NCBI GenBank assembly: GCA_041615815.1 | Contig: JBFJCP010000017.1 | Span: 1-64,000, forward strand | Reading direction: 5' to 3' | DNA from: Gemmatimonadales bacterium | Lineage (GTDB): Bacteria; Gemmatimonadota; Gemmatimonadetes; Gemmatimonadales; GWC2-71-9 | Length of the DNA stretch: 64,000 nucleotides | Part shown: positions 27,989-38,288 of the stretch, one piece after another | How the letters are laid out: each line of letters begins with the position of its first letter | How positions within the stretch are numbered: the first letter of the stretch is position 1 | Notes under the pieces: generated by a model | Databases searched by the model: none | Seen by the model: only the letters and a program-made list of their open reading frames with translations | Told to the model about the DNA's origin: nothing | Made by a program: the position numbers and the translations under genes

Positions 27989-28765
27989 ATGATGATGAGA
28001 GCACTGGGACTCGTATTGGTCGTCCTCTTGACTGCGCCGACTGTCGCCGGCGCCCAGGATGCCGACTGGGCCTCCGCCCGCGAGCTGCGCACGCGCACCG
28101 AACTCCAGGATCTCCTGACGAGGCTCGAGGAAGCGGCGGCGTCTTCGAGCAATAGCGAGGAGCTCCGCGCGCGGGCCAAATACGAGGCGGCCCTCGTCCG
28201 GAACCGCCTCAAGGAGGGGGACTTCCTGGTTGGCGATCGGATTCTGCTCCAGGTCCGGGACGAGGAAACGCTGTCGGACACGTTCGCCGTGCGGGACGGC
28301 CGTGAGCTGGACCTGCCCGAGATCGGTCGGGTCTCGCTGGCCGGGGTGCTTCGCGCCGAACTGCAGCCGTACTTGACCGAGTACCTTGGTCGATATCTGC
28401 GCGACCCCGAGGTCCGAGCACGGGCGCTGTTGCGCGTGGCCGTCGTGGGGTCAGTGAGCGAACCCGGGTTCTACCTGCTTCCCTCGGAAGCGCTCATCAC
28501 GGACGCCCTCATGCTGGCCGGTGGGCCCACCGGTGATGCCAAGATCACCTCGATTCGGATCGAACGGGGTGACGATCGCATCTGGGGCGGTGATCCGCTA
28601 CAGGAAGCGATCAGCGAGGGGCGCACGCTCGATCAGCTGAACCTCCAAGCCGGCGACCGGATACTGGTTCCGCGCAGCGGCGGCGGCGTATGGGGAACGG
28701 TGCGCAACGTCAGCCTGCTCGCAGGACTCCTGCTTACCGCCACGCTGATCGCCGCCCGCCGGTAG
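27989..28765 (+). CDS. Polysaccharide export protein (Poly_export/SLBB, Wza-like, short)
   Basis: Signal peptide, VGDRILL, VVGSVSEPG, LMLAGG, LQAGDRILVP and a C-terminal hydrophobic helix. Confidence 0.82.
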   Translation: MMMRALGLVLVVLLTAPTVAGAQDADWASARELRTRTELQDLLTRLEEAAASSSNSEELRARAKYEAALVRNRLKEGDFLVGDRILLQVRDEETLSDTFAVRDGRELDLPEIGRVSLAGVLRAELQPYLTEYLGRYLRDPEVRARALLRVAVVGSVSEPGFYLLPSEALITDALMLAGGPTGDAKITSIRIERGDDRIWGGDPLQEAISEGRTLDQLNLQAGDRILVPRSGGGVWGTVRNVSLLAGLLLTATLIAARR

Positions 28766-28913
28766 GCGACGGCCCGTCCGGGCGGGCGCAGGAGATTGGC
28801 GATCGGCGCACCTTGCTCGCGCACGGTTGTTGGATGACATGGACACCACGGCCCGGACGTCGGCTACCGCCGCCCGGGCCGCCTGTTTGTCAACCCACGA
28901 CGACGGGAGCCAC

Positions 28914-29735
28914 ATGAAAGATCGGAGAGCGTTGCTGGAGGAAGTTCGTGCCGTGGTCCGCGAGGCCGCGGAGCGGATCGAGGCCATTCGGGCGGAACCC
29001 TTCGCCACGGATCTCAAGGACGACTCGAGCCCGGTCACGCGGGCGGATCGCGAAGCCGACGCCCTGCTCAGGGCGCGATTGTTGGCCCTGGTGCCGGCGG
29101 GTTGGCTGTCAGAAGAGACCGCGGACGCTCCAGAGCGACTCGATCAGCGTTTGGTCTGGGTCGTCGATCCCTTGGACGGGACCAAGGAGTTCATCCAGGG
29201 CATCCCCGAGTATGCCGTGGCCGTGGCGTTGGTGGAAGATGGTCGTCCCATCTTGGGGGTCGTGCACAATCCGGCCACCGATGAGGTGATTTGGGGGGCG
29301 CGTGGGGTCGGCGTGTTCGGTGGAGACGTCCCGGTCACCGTGATGGACGGCACGACGCTCCTGGCATCCCGGTCCGAGCTGAAACGGGGCGAATTCGAGC
29401 CGTTTCAGAATCGGTGGAACGTGGTGCCGCGAGGCAGCATTCAGCTCAAATTGGCCCACGTAGCGGCGGGGCGGGGGGCGGTCACGTTGTCCCGAGGCCC
29501 CAAGCACGAGTGGGATGTCTGCGCCGGTGCGCTCTTGGTGGAGGAGGCTGGTGGGCGGGCCACGGCGTTGTTTGGCGATCCGTTGGTCTTCAATCAAGCG
29601 TTTCCCAAGACCCACGGCGTCCTGGCCGGCGCACCGGCAGCGTACGCTGCCGCGTTGGCGCGGATTCACCAGGTTGGTGCCTCGGACCGCATGGCGGAGC
29701 TGACCCACCGGACGGCGCCGGACGGGGGCTCGTAG
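28914..29735 (+). CDS. cysQ: 3'(2'),5'-bisphosphate nucleotidase / inositol monophosphatase family (CysQ-like)
   Basis: SPVTRAD, WLSEE, WVVDPLDGTKEF and EWDVCAG. Lies directly upstream of sat/cysC. Confidence 0.8.
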   Translation: MKDRRALLEEVRAVVREAAERIEAIRAEPFATDLKDDSSPVTRADREADALLRARLLALVPAGWLSEETADAPERLDQRLVWVVDPLDGTKEFIQGIPEYAVAVALVEDGRPILGVVHNPATDEVIWGARGVGVFGGDVPVTVMDGTTLLASRSELKRGEFEPFQNRWNVVPRGSIQLKLAHVAAGRGAVTLSRGPKHEWDVCAGALLVEEAGGRATALFGDPLVFNQAFPKTHGVLAGAPAAYAAALARIHQVGASDRMAELTHRTAPDGGS

Positions 29736-29848
29736 GGGAGTCCCCTCGGGAGGGCGACGGCGGTCCTTTTCTTGCTACCCCGGGGCTCTGGACTCTACGG
29801 CAAGGGGAACCAGTGCAAGTCAACTCGGATGTGGATCAGGTGACGGTC

Positions 29849-31573
29849 ATGGATCATCTCATCGTCCCGCATGGTGGGACACTCGTCGATCTGCTGGTCA
29901 ACGAGCGGCAGGCGACCGAGCTCAGGCAGGCGTCCCGAGACTGGATGTCCTGGGACCTCACGCCCCGTCAGCTCTGCGATCTCGAGCTTTTGTTGAATGG
30001 AGGATTCTCCCCGCTCCGGGGCTTCATGGGGCGACGGGACTACGAAGGGGTGCTCGGCTCGATGCGCTTGGCGGATGGAACGCTGTGGCCCATACCCATT
30101 ACGCTCGATGTCAGCCAGGAGTTCGGCAGCCGGATCGAACCCGGGATGCGCGTGGCGCTTCGTGACGCCGAAGGCGTCATGCTCGCGGTGTTGTGTGCCG
30201 AGGAGGTGTGGCAGCCGGATCGCGAGGCGGAGGCTGAAGCCGTCTTTGGCACGGCCAATCCCGAACATCCCGGGGTCGCCTTCGTGCTCAAGCACAGCAA
30301 CCCCCTCTATGTGGGCGGGACTCTCGAGGGCGTGCAGCTGCCTGTGCATTACGACTTCCGACGACTGCGGCACACGCCGGCCGAGTTGCGCCAGGAGTTT
30401 TCACGGCTGGGGTGGCGCACGGTGGTGGCGTTTCAGACTCGCAACCCAATGCACCGCGCGCACCAAGAGCTCACGCTCCGCGCTGCGAAAGAAGTAGAGG
30501 CGAATCTCCTCATCCACCCTGTCGTAGGCATGACCAAGCCCGGAGACGTCGATCACTACACGCGGGTCCGCTGCTACCAGGCCCTCTTGCCGCGGTATCC
30601 CAAGAACACGGCCACTTTGTCCCTCCTGTCGCTCGCGATGCGCATGGGCGGGCCGCGAGAGGCCGTCTGGCACGCCATCATTCGCAAGAACTACGGTTGC
30701 TCGCATCTGATCGTCGGCCGCGATCACGCGGGCCCGGGCAGTGACTCCAAGGGTGAGCCGTTCTACGGTCCGTATGACGCTCAAGAGCTTCTGCAGTCGC
30801 ATCAGGAAGAGCTGGGCGTGGCGATGGTGCCGTTCAAGATGATGGTATACGTCGAGGACCTCGACAAGTATGTCGCAGTGGACGAGGTGCCCGACGGCGC
30901 CCGCGCGCTCAGTATCTCCGGCACCGAGCTCCGCGGCCGACTGGCGGATGGACGGGAGATTCCGTCATGGTTCTCGTTCGAGGAAGTGGCGCAGGAGCTC
31001 CGAAAGAGCCACCCGCCGCGGCACCACCAGGGCTTCACCGTTTTCTTCACGGGGCTCTCCGGTTCGGGGAAGTCGACGATCGCCAACGCCCTCTTGGTCA
31101 AGTTCCTGGAGCTGGGCGGCCGTCCCGTTACGCTGCTCGACGGCGACATCGTACGGAAGCACTTATCGTCCGAGCTCGGCTTCTCCAAGGAACATCGGGA
31201 TATCAACATCCGACGCATCGGATTCGTCGCGTCGGAAATCACGAAGAATGGTGGCATCGCGATCTGCGCTCCGATCGCGCCGTACGATGCGGTGCGGCAA
31301 GAAGTGCGACGGATGGTGGAGCCGGGAGGTGGTTTCCTCTTGGTGCACGTGGCGACCCCGCTGGAGGTCTGTGAGCAGCGGGATCGAAAGGGACTCTACG
31401 CGAAAGCTCGAGCGGGGATCATCAAGGAGTTCACCGGCATCTCCGATCCCTACGAAGGTCCTCAGGATGCCGAGGTCGTGATCGACACGACCAGTGTGAC
31501 GCCGGAAGAAGCAGCGCAGCAGATCGTGCTGCACTTGGAGAAGGAAGGGTACGTGGGTGCCAACGGGAGTTAG
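29849..31573 (+). CDS. sat/cysC: Bifunctional sulfate adenylyltransferase / adenylylsulfate kinase (alternative GTG start 29813)
   Basis: PHGG, GGFSPL, FQTRNPMHRAH and GRDHAG, plus an APS kinase domain with TGLSGSGKST, LDGD and FTGISDPYE. Confidence 0.95.
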   Translation: MDHLIVPHGGTLVDLLVNERQATELRQASRDWMSWDLTPRQLCDLELLLNGGFSPLRGFMGRRDYEGVLGSMRLADGTLWPIPITLDVSQEFGSRIEPGMRVALRDAEGVMLAVLCAEEVWQPDREAEAEAVFGTANPEHPGVAFVLKHSNPLYVGGTLEGVQLPVHYDFRRLRHTPAELRQEFSRLGWRTVVAFQTRNPMHRAHQELTLRAAKEVEANLLIHPVVGMTKPGDVDHYTRVRCYQALLPRYPKNTATLSLLSLAMRMGGPREAVWHAIIRKNYGCSHLIVGRDHAGPGSDSKGEPFYGPYDAQELLQSHQEELGVAMVPFKMMVYVEDLDKYVAVDEVPDGARALSISGTELRGRLADGREIPSWFSFEEVAQELRKSHPPRHHQGFTVFFTGLSGSGKSTIANALLVKFLELGGRPVTLLDGDIVRKHLSSELGFSKEHRDINIRRIGFVASEITKNGGIAICAPIAPYDAVRQEVRRMVEPGGGFLLVHVATPLEVCEQRDRKGLYAKARAGIIKEFTGISDPYEGPQDAEVVIDTTSVTPEEAAQQIVLHLEKEGYVGANGS

Positions 31574-31611
31574 GAGCCCAGGCAAGGGACGGTGAACCCG
31601 GGAGCGGGTGG

Positions 31612-33387
31612 ATGAGTGGGGAAGCGTGGTTCACGCTGCTCATCCTGGGCGTGACGGTATTCCTCCTAGTCCGGGACGTAGTGGCGCCCGCCGCTGCCAT
31701 CCTCGGCGCCGTGATCGTGTTGCTCGTGGGCGGCATCATATCCCCCGCTCAGGCGTTCAGCGGCTTCAGCAATTCAGCACCGATCACGGTCGCTGCCTTG
31801 TACGTCCTAGCGCGAGCCGTCGAGAAGACCGGTGGGCTCCAGCCGATCCTCGCGGCGACCCTTGGCGACGGGCGGGGGACGCGCACCTCCCTCGCACGTC
31901 TGCTGTTTCCCACCGCCACCGCCTCGGCGTTTTTGAACAACACGCCGATCGTCGCCACGCTCGCGCCCCAGGTGACGGAATGGGCCGAGCGCCGCGGCCT
32001 CTCACCGTCGCGGTTCCTGATGCCGCTCTCCTTTGCGGCAATTCTCGGGGGGGTCGTCACCGTGATCGGGACTTCCACGAACCTCGTGGTGTCTGGGCTT
32101 CTCGAAGCACACGGCGAGCCACCCATGGGGATGTTCGAGATCACGCGAGTAGGACTCCCCGTGATGGTCGTAGGCGTCTTTTGGCTCGTGCTCATGAGTT
32201 CGACCCTGTTGAAAGAACGGCGCGCACCGCGGCGAGAGCTGACCGAAGGCATTCGCGAGTTCGTCGTGAGCATGCGCGTGGTAACCGGCGGGCCGTTGGA
32301 TGGCTTGGCGGTGGCGGCGGGCGGTCTCCGGCACCTCAAGGGTGTGTTTCTCGTCGAAATCGAGCGGGGCGGTGAACTGATCGCTCCGGTGGCGCCGACG
32401 GCGGTACTGCGCGGAGGGGATCGGCTCACGTTTGTCGGGCGGGCGGATCTGATCGTGGACCTGCAATCCACTCGGGGGATCGTCTCCACCGAAGAGGAGC
32501 ACCTCGCGCAGTTCGACACCGTCCGTCACACGTTTTTCGAGGCGGTCGTTGGTCCGTCGTCCCCGCTGGTGGGCCAGACGCTCCGCGACGTCAAGTTTCG
32601 AGGTCGCTACCAGGCAGCGGTAGTTGGGATCCATCGTGCGGGGGCACGTGTGAAAGCGAAGTTCGGGGACGTGCGGTTGAAGACCGGCGACACCTTGCTG
32701 CTGTTGACCGACCCGGGATTCCGGGATCGCTGGCGCGATCGACGGGATTTTTTGTTGGTCGCTCGTCTCGGGGGAACGCCGCCGGCGGTGACGCGAAAGG
32801 CGTGGATCGTGTGGGTCACGGTGCTGGGGATCGTCTTCGGAGCCGGGTCGGGGTTGATCCCCGTGCTGCACGCGTCGCTCGTAGCCGCAATCGCACTCGT
32901 GGCGTTCAAGGTGCTCGCACCGGGTGAAGCACGCGACGCTATCGATCTCGATGTCATCCTGGTGATCGCCGGATCCTTCGGTTTGGCCGCGGCCATGGAG
33001 GTGTCGGGGTTGGCGCAGCGACTCGCCGCGCTCACGATTGGGACGTTCAGCGGCCTCGGACCGACGGGAGTCTTCCTTGGCGTCATCCTGGCCACCGTGG
33101 CGCTCACCGAGCTCGTCACCAACAACGCGGCGGCGGTCTTGGTCTTCCCTCTCGCCGTGGCGACGGCGGCGGCCATGGGGCTGGATGTACGGCCCTTTGC
33201 GATCGGGATCGCCGTGGTGGCGTCCGCATCGTTTCTCACCCCTATCGGGTATCAAACCAACACGATGGTCTACGGACCGGGTGGGTATCGGTTCGGAGAC
33301 TACGCCAAACTCGGGGGCGTGCTCACCCTTCTGGTGGTCGTCGTGGCGGTCGTGTTGGTGCCCCGGTTTTGGCCCCTGCCCGGCTAG
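31612..33387 (+). CDS. SLC13/DASS permease with TrkA-C domains, probable sulfate transporter
   Basis: SAFLNNTP, IGTSTNL, two RCK_C-like segments, ELVTNNAA and TPIGYQTNTMVYGPGGYRFGDY. Confidence 0.9.
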   Translation: MSGEAWFTLLILGVTVFLLVRDVVAPAAAILGAVIVLLVGGIISPAQAFSGFSNSAPITVAALYVLARAVEKTGGLQPILAATLGDGRGTRTSLARLLFPTATASAFLNNTPIVATLAPQVTEWAERRGLSPSRFLMPLSFAAILGGVVTVIGTSTNLVVSGLLEAHGEPPMGMFEITRVGLPVMVVGVFWLVLMSSTLLKERRAPRRELTEGIREFVVSMRVVTGGPLDGLAVAAGGLRHLKGVFLVEIERGGELIAPVAPTAVLRGGDRLTFVGRADLIVDLQSTRGIVSTEEEHLAQFDTVRHTFFEAVVGPSSPLVGQTLRDVKFRGRYQAAVVGIHRAGARVKAKFGDVRLKTGDTLLLLTDPGFRDRWRDRRDFLLVARLGGTPPAVTRKAWIVWVTVLGIVFGAGSGLIPVLHASLVAAIALVAFKVLAPGEARDAIDLDVILVIAGSFGLAAAMEVSGLAQRLAALTIGTFSGLGPTGVFLGVILATVALTELVTNNAAAVLVFPLAVATAAAMGLDVRPFAIGIAVVASASFLTPIGYQTNTMVYGPGGYRFGDYAKLGGVLTLLVVVVAVVLVPRFWPLPG

Positions 33388-33575
33388 GTGGGCGAGACCG
33401 CTCCTACATCCGTGCCGAGGACGTGCCCAGCTCATGCGTGACGTTTTCGGTCTTTTCGGGGTATCTCAAGGTGAAGTGCAGGGTCAGGGCCAGCCTGGCA
33501 TGCGCGCACGCAGGTTGATGCCACGGCGATGCAGTGGTGGAGGCAGTATCGTGGCGCTGTTTGGAACGTGACATA

Positions 33576-33591
33576 GGGCACAGCCCTTGCT
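33576..33591 (+). promoter_or_regulatory. Sigma-54 promoter for the long EPS operon
   Basis: GGGCACAGCCCTTGCT (GG-N10-GC). Confidence 0.65.
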
Positions 33592-33659
33592 AGCCACGTG
33601 AGCTAATCTTTTCGAGACAGCTGTGGCATCGCCTGCGATGGCACTCGGAGTATGTCCTC

Positions 33660-33684
33660 TAAGCTATTGACAGATGGGAACTTC
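33660..33684. promoter_or_regulatory. 25-bp IHF-like site
   Basis: TAAGCTATTGACAGATGGGAACTTC. Its first 10 nt are identical to the site at 17656. Confidence 0.45.
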
Positions 33685-33812
33685 GAGTGCATCTTGTGCG
33701 GCCCGGCTCGTCTGAGCCGAGGTTTTTCGACTGGCGATACCCGGAGAGCCCCCGGGCCGTCGTGCCCGCCTTGTACACGCCAGCTAACACTGACTCTATT
33801 CCAGGGTGCTGT

Positions 33813-35378
33813 GTGATCACCGTACAGAGTGAGGCCGCGCGCCGCGAGCAAACCGCGAACCACGCAGACCGTCCTGCGCCCGCGCGCTTGGCCTTGCAGC
33901 GACGTGCTCCCCAGACGATTCGCCGCCACTTCTTCCGGACAACATTGCGTGTCGTTGTGCTCGTCGCGGGTGACCTCGCGACGTTCGTGTTTCTGCGCGG
34001 GCTCATGTGGGCTGGGCGGGATAGCGCCGCGTTTGGGGTCGGACTCAGCGAGGCGCTCCAGGCGGTGGCACCAAGCGGGTACCTGGGCGGATGGCGGTAC
34101 GGGGCGGCCCTACTCGTCGGACTCGTGGTCGCGGGCAGCTACGGTCCCGGAGACAACCGTCGTGATCCGCGACGGGTGTTGATGGGCGTTGCGCTGGGAA
34201 CGGCGCTGGCGCTGTGGTCTTCGCTCTGGCTCCGTGGGGTGGGAGACTTCCTGGTGCACTACTTGGGCGCGGTCGCGGCAGTGAGTGTCTCGCTGGTGGC
34301 CTTTCGCACGGCCCTGGACCGCGCGGTGGCTCGACTGAAAGGGAATCTGCGACCCGCCGAGCGAGTGCTGTTGGTGGGAGATCCGCGGGGTCTCGAGTCC
34401 ACCGAGGTGCGCGCGAAGCTGTGGCAAGGCGAACGGATGGAGCTCGTTGGCTGGGTCACGAACAATAGCGTCAACGGCAACGGTCACCGGTTGGCCGCGC
34501 TCCGCTCGGGCGAAGACGTCTGGCGCGTATTGCAGGAGGTGGAGGTCGACACGGTCGTGCTGTGCGGTGACGTGGAAGACAAACTCTTTCACGAGATTGT
34601 CGAGGCGTGTGCCGCCGCGGGGTGCCGCCTGCTGGCTATGTCTCGGTACGACGGCATTGGGCGTCTGCGTCCATCCCTGGTCTGGTATCATGGATTGCCT
34701 TTCGTCGAGTTGCGTCTCCCCGCGCTCGAAATGCGGCAGTTCCTCACCAAGCGGCTGATTGATTTCGTCGTTGCTGGCGCGGGGTTGGTACTTCTCGCGC
34801 CCGTGTTCGCGATCATCGCCCTCGCTATCAAGTTGGATTCGCGAGGGCCGGTGTTTTTCCGGCAGGAGCGGGTGGGTCGCGGCGGTCGACATTTCCGCGT
34901 ATGGAAGTTCCGGACGATGCGTAACGGCGCGTCGGACGCGGCGCATCGCGAGTTGGTGTCGAAAATGTTGAACGGGGACAGCGGTGAATGCGGGGTCGCC
35001 AATGGGAGTCGGGCGCTGCCGGTCTACAAGCTCGTCAAAGATGGACGAGTGACGAGCGTTGGTCGGTGGCTGCGCCGCACGTCCCTCGATGAACTCCCGC
35101 AGCTCATCAACGTCCTGTGTGGTGAAATGAGTCTGGTGGGCCCCCGGCCACCGCTCCCGTACGAGGTAGAGATCTACGACGCCTGGCAGTTCGAGCGGCT
35201 GGGCGTGCTTCCGGGTATCACGGGGTTGTGGCAGGTGTCGGGTCGGAACTTGCTCACGTACCGGCAGATGTGCCAGCTCGACATCGAATATGTGCAGCGG
35301 TGGTCGCTGTGGCTCGATCTGCGGATCCTGTGGCGAACGATCCCCGTTGTGCTCTTCAATTCCGGCCGGGCAGCGTAG
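33813..35378 (+). CDS. Priming glycosyltransferase (WcaJ/WbaP-like long form; start uncertain, ORF open from 33687)
   Basis: Four N-terminal TMs and a Rossmann-like segment, then [27 protein letters not shown] and [12 protein letters not shown]. Confidence 0.9.
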   Translation: MITVQSEAARREQTANHADRPAPARLALQRRAPQTIRRHFFRTTLRVVVLVAGDLATFVFLRGLMWAGRDSAAFGVGLSEALQAVAPSGYLGGWRYGAALLVGLVVAGSYGPGDNRRDPRRVLMGVALGTALALWSSLWLRGVGDFLVHYLGAVAAVSVSLVAFRTALDRAVARLKGNLRPAERVLLVGDPRGLESTEVRAKLWQGERMELVGWVTNNSVNGNGHRLAALRSGEDVWRVLQEVEVDTVVLCGDVEDKLFHEIVEACAAAGCRLLAMSRYDGIGRLRPSLVWYHGLPFVELRLPALEMRQFLTKRLIDFVVAGAGLVLLAPVFAIIALAIKLDSRGPVFFRQERVGRGGRHFRVWKFRTMRNGASDAAHRELVSKMLNGDSGECGVANGSRALPVYKLVKDGRVTSVGRWLRRTSLDELPQLINVLCGEMSLVGPRPPLPYEVEIYDAWQFERLGVLPGITGLWQVSGRNLLTYRQMCQLDIEYVQRWSLWLDLRILWRTIPVVLFNSGRAA

Positions 35379-35401
35379 CCGGCCCAAACCAGCGAATAGC
35401 C

Positions 35402-36439
35402 ATGACGACACTGCACGTAGGCGTGATCGGATGTGGATACTGGGGACCAAACCTGGTGCGGAACTTTGCACGACACCCCCAATGTCGCGTGGACGCGGCC
35501 TGCGACATCGATCTTGCTCGCGCCGAGCGGATTGGGAAGGAGTATCGGACACCACTCATCACGAACCAGCCGGACCAACTGTTTGCCTCACCGGAGCTCG
35601 ATTTGATCGTCATCGCCACGCCGTCCTTCACGCACTTCGAACTGGCGAAGGCGGCGCTCCAGGCCGGCAAGCACGTGCTCGTGATGAAGCCGTTGACCAC
35701 GGCCACAGAGCACGCGGAGGAACTCTGTGATCTCGCCGCACGGCAAGGTCTCCTCGTGGCTGTGGATCACACGTTCTTGTTCACCGGCGCGGTTCGCAAG
35801 ATGAAGCAGTTGGTCTCGGCCGGTGAGATCGGAGAGCTCTACTACTTCGACTCGGTCCGGATCAACCTTGGGCTGATTCAGACGGATGTGAATGTCCTGT
35901 GGGACCTCGCACCGCACGACGTGTCGATCATGGATTACCTCATCGACGAGGAGCCGTCAGCCGTCTCGGCGATTGGGGCTTCGCACGGTGGATCACCGAC
36001 CGAGAACATTGCCTATCTCACGGTGCGCTACAACGGATCGCTGTTGGCGCACGTCCATGTGAACTGGCTGGCTCCCGCCAAGATCCGTCGGACTATTGTG
36101 GGGGGGTCGAAGCGGATGTTGGTGTATGATGACATGGAGCCGAGCGAGAAAGTCAAGCTGTACGACAAGGGGTTCTCGATGCAGCCACCGAAACCCGAAA
36201 ACGATTACCAGCTGCTCATTTCCTACCGCACTGGCGACATGCACGCTCCCAAGCTCGAGACGCGCGAGGCTCTCGGGTATGAAGTGGACAACGTGATTGC
36301 CGCCATCAAGGGACGCGAGCCGTTGATCGCGGACGGCCTTGCGGGGTTGCGGGTGGTGCGGATCCTCGAAGCTGCCCAACGATCCCTCGAAGACGGCGGT
36401 GCCGTCATCTCTCTCCACGGCGCAGGGGCCGTCGCGTGA
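35402..36439 (+). CDS. Gfo/Idh/MocA oxidoreductase (nucleotide-sugar dehydrogenase, WbpB/WlbA-like context)
   Basis: [24 protein letters not shown] and WDLAPHD. Confidence 0.88.
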   Translation: MTTLHVGVIGCGYWGPNLVRNFARHPQCRVDAACDIDLARAERIGKEYRTPLITNQPDQLFASPELDLIVIATPSFTHFELAKAALQAGKHVLVMKPLTTATEHAEELCDLAARQGLLVAVDHTFLFTGAVRKMKQLVSAGEIGELYYFDSVRINLGLIQTDVNVLWDLAPHDVSIMDYLIDEEPSAVSAIGASHGGSPTENIAYLTVRYNGSLLAHVHVNWLAPAKIRRTIVGGSKRMLVYDDMEPSEKVKLYDKGFSMQPPKPENDYQLLISYRTGDMHAPKLETREALGYEVDNVIAAIKGREPLIADGLAGLRVVRILEAAQRSLEDGGAVISLHGAGAVA

Positions 36440-36966
36440 CCGACGGGCCGCCGACGCCCGCCGATGACCGCGACAAACAGCTGTGCCGCATAGCGCCCGA
36501 CGTGAAACTCGGGCGCAATGTGCGGATTCACGCGTTCGTCAACCTGTACGGCTGCGAGATTGGTGACGAAACCTCCATCGGCACCTTCGTAGAGATTCAG
36601 CGCGGTGCCAAGATCGGGGCGCGCTGCAAGATCCAAAGCCACACGTTCGTGTGCGAGGGCGTGACCATCGAGGACGAGGTCTTTGTGGGTCACAACGTCA
36701 ACTTCATCAACGACACCTACCCGCGCGCCACCAACGACGCGGGCGCTCCGCAATCCTCCGCAGACTGGGCCGTCATCCGGACCACCGTGAAACGAAGGGC
36801 GTCGATCGGTACGGGGGCGGTGCTCTTGGGGGGGATTACCGTCGGTGAATCCGCCTTGGTGGGTGCCGGCGCGGTGGTGACTCGGGATGTGCCGGCCGGG
36901 GCTGTGGTCGTCGGGAATCCCGCCCGCGTCCTGCGCGTGAACGCCATCGATCCATCGGTGCGGTGA
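36436..36966 (+). CDS. Hexapeptide-repeat N-acetyltransferase (WbpD/WlbB/WxcM-like)
   Basis: Left-handed beta-helix repeats, FINDTYPR and VVGNPAR. Confidence 0.88.
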   Translation: MTDGPPTPADDRDKQLCRIAPDVKLGRNVRIHAFVNLYGCEIGDETSIGTFVEIQRGAKIGARCKIQSHTFVCEGVTIEDEVFVGHNVNFINDTYPRATNDAGAPQSSADWAVIRTTVKRRASIGTGAVLLGGITVGESALVGAGAVVTRDVPAGAVVVGNPARVLRVNAIDPSVR

Positions 36967-38126
36967 CCCGCCGAGCGGCCAAGCGCCGCGCGGGGCACCC
37001 GGCCGTGTCGTTCCCGCTCACCACCGAGCCCAGCCGTTCCCCACAACCCGGGCTGATCCAACTTGGCGCCGGCGCGGCCGTCTGGCTCGTGCTCTTCGCC
37101 TGCACCCTTCCACCACCCGTGCCCGACCCCGATCCCGAGCAGACCGTGGGCACGCGCTGGATGTTGGCCTATCCCGGAGGACCCAGGCGCCCTGCCTATT
37201 CGGTATCCGACTTCGTCCACCTCCTGGCCTATGTCGATCCCGCGGGGCGTCCGGCGGACTGGCTTTCCACGGGCGTGATCTTCCTGGAACTGCGCGCACC
37301 GTCGGGTCGGCTATTTACGACCTGGGTCCCCGACGGCGAGCCCTCGACCGGCGCCGATTGGGAACAGTACCTCGATACGCTCTTCGTACCGGGTGGCATT
37401 CTTTCGAGGCTCGATTCGGCGGTTGGTGTGGTCGGTGCCGAAGTGGGGCCACCCCCCGATCTCCCGTTTCCCGTCGTCGTGATGATTCCGTTCCCCGAGC
37501 CTGCTGTGGACACGCTGCGGTATGCAGGTGGCGTGTATCGATTGCGAGAGGAAAGCGCTCGCGCGGAGGTGGCCGTTGCCTTCGTGACGGACGTGATCCG
37601 ACGGTTCCAGCGTGCGGACCACGCCGCGCTCGGGCTCCACGGATTCTATTGGCTCAAGGAGAGCATTCGGGATGCGGACGGCGTCCTGGTCCGGCGGATC
37701 GCCGAGCACGTGCATTCCGAAGGCTACCAGTTTTTTTGGATTCCATTTTTCACCGCGTGGGGAGTGGATCGGTGGCGGGAGTGGGGTTTCGATGCCGCCT
37801 GGCTACAGCCCAATTACTTCTTCAATGTCGCGCTCGATCGCTCACGACTCGACTCGGCAGTCGTGAGGGCCCGCCGATTGGAGATGGGACTCGAGATCGA
37901 GTTCAACGGGCGTCTCCTCAACGATTCCGCGTACGCGGACCGCCTGGATCCGTACCTCGATGCTCTGCGCGCGGCTCCGGATCTTCGTCGTGCCTCGGTA
38001 GCAACCTACGAAGGAGGAGGAGCACTCCTCCGCCTCAGCCGTAGTAGGAACCCGCAGCACCGCGCCATCTATTGCCGCTTCGTGAGTTTGCTCACACATT
38101 CGGATGGGCGTGCGACCCACTGCTAG
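36963..38126 (+). CDS. DUF4855-like putative glycoside hydrolase, possibly a lipoprotein
   Basis: [31 protein letters not shown] and MGLEIEF, matching DUF4855 as recalled. Possible lipobox VLFAC. Confidence 0.65.
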   Translation: MTRRAAKRRAGHPAVSFPLTTEPSRSPQPGLIQLGAGAAVWLVLFACTLPPPVPDPDPEQTVGTRWMLAYPGGPRRPAYSVSDFVHLLAYVDPAGRPADWLSTGVIFLELRAPSGRLFTTWVPDGEPSTGADWEQYLDTLFVPGGILSRLDSAVGVVGAEVGPPPDLPFPVVVMIPFPEPAVDTLRYAGGVYRLREESARAEVAVAFVTDVIRRFQRADHAALGLHGFYWLKESIRDADGVLVRRIAEHVHSEGYQFFWIPFFTAWGVDRWREWGFDAAWLQPNYFFNVALDRSRLDSAVVRARRLEMGLEIEFNGRLLNDSAYADRLDPYLDALRAAPDLRRASVATYEGGGALLRLSRSRNPQHRAIYCRFVSLLTHSDGRATHC

Positions 38127-38288
38127 CCGTGACCGATGTGCCCCCCCCAAACCGGTACGGACATTGCTCGAACAGGCGTACCCCGTCGCGGTCGGATCCA
38201 CACGCGAGTCGGGGGTGGCACGCCCAACTGACCGTCCGTGGTTGGTTAGGGGAGTTGGCGTTCAACAGCTGGCAGGGTCAGGGTTGCG

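Noticed and set aside
29291..29812. Long N-terminal extensions in the ORF track (sat/cysC, asnB, activator, several GTs, mutase)
   Set aside because: They overlap upstream genes or promoters. Downstream starts fit family N-termini or SD sequences better.
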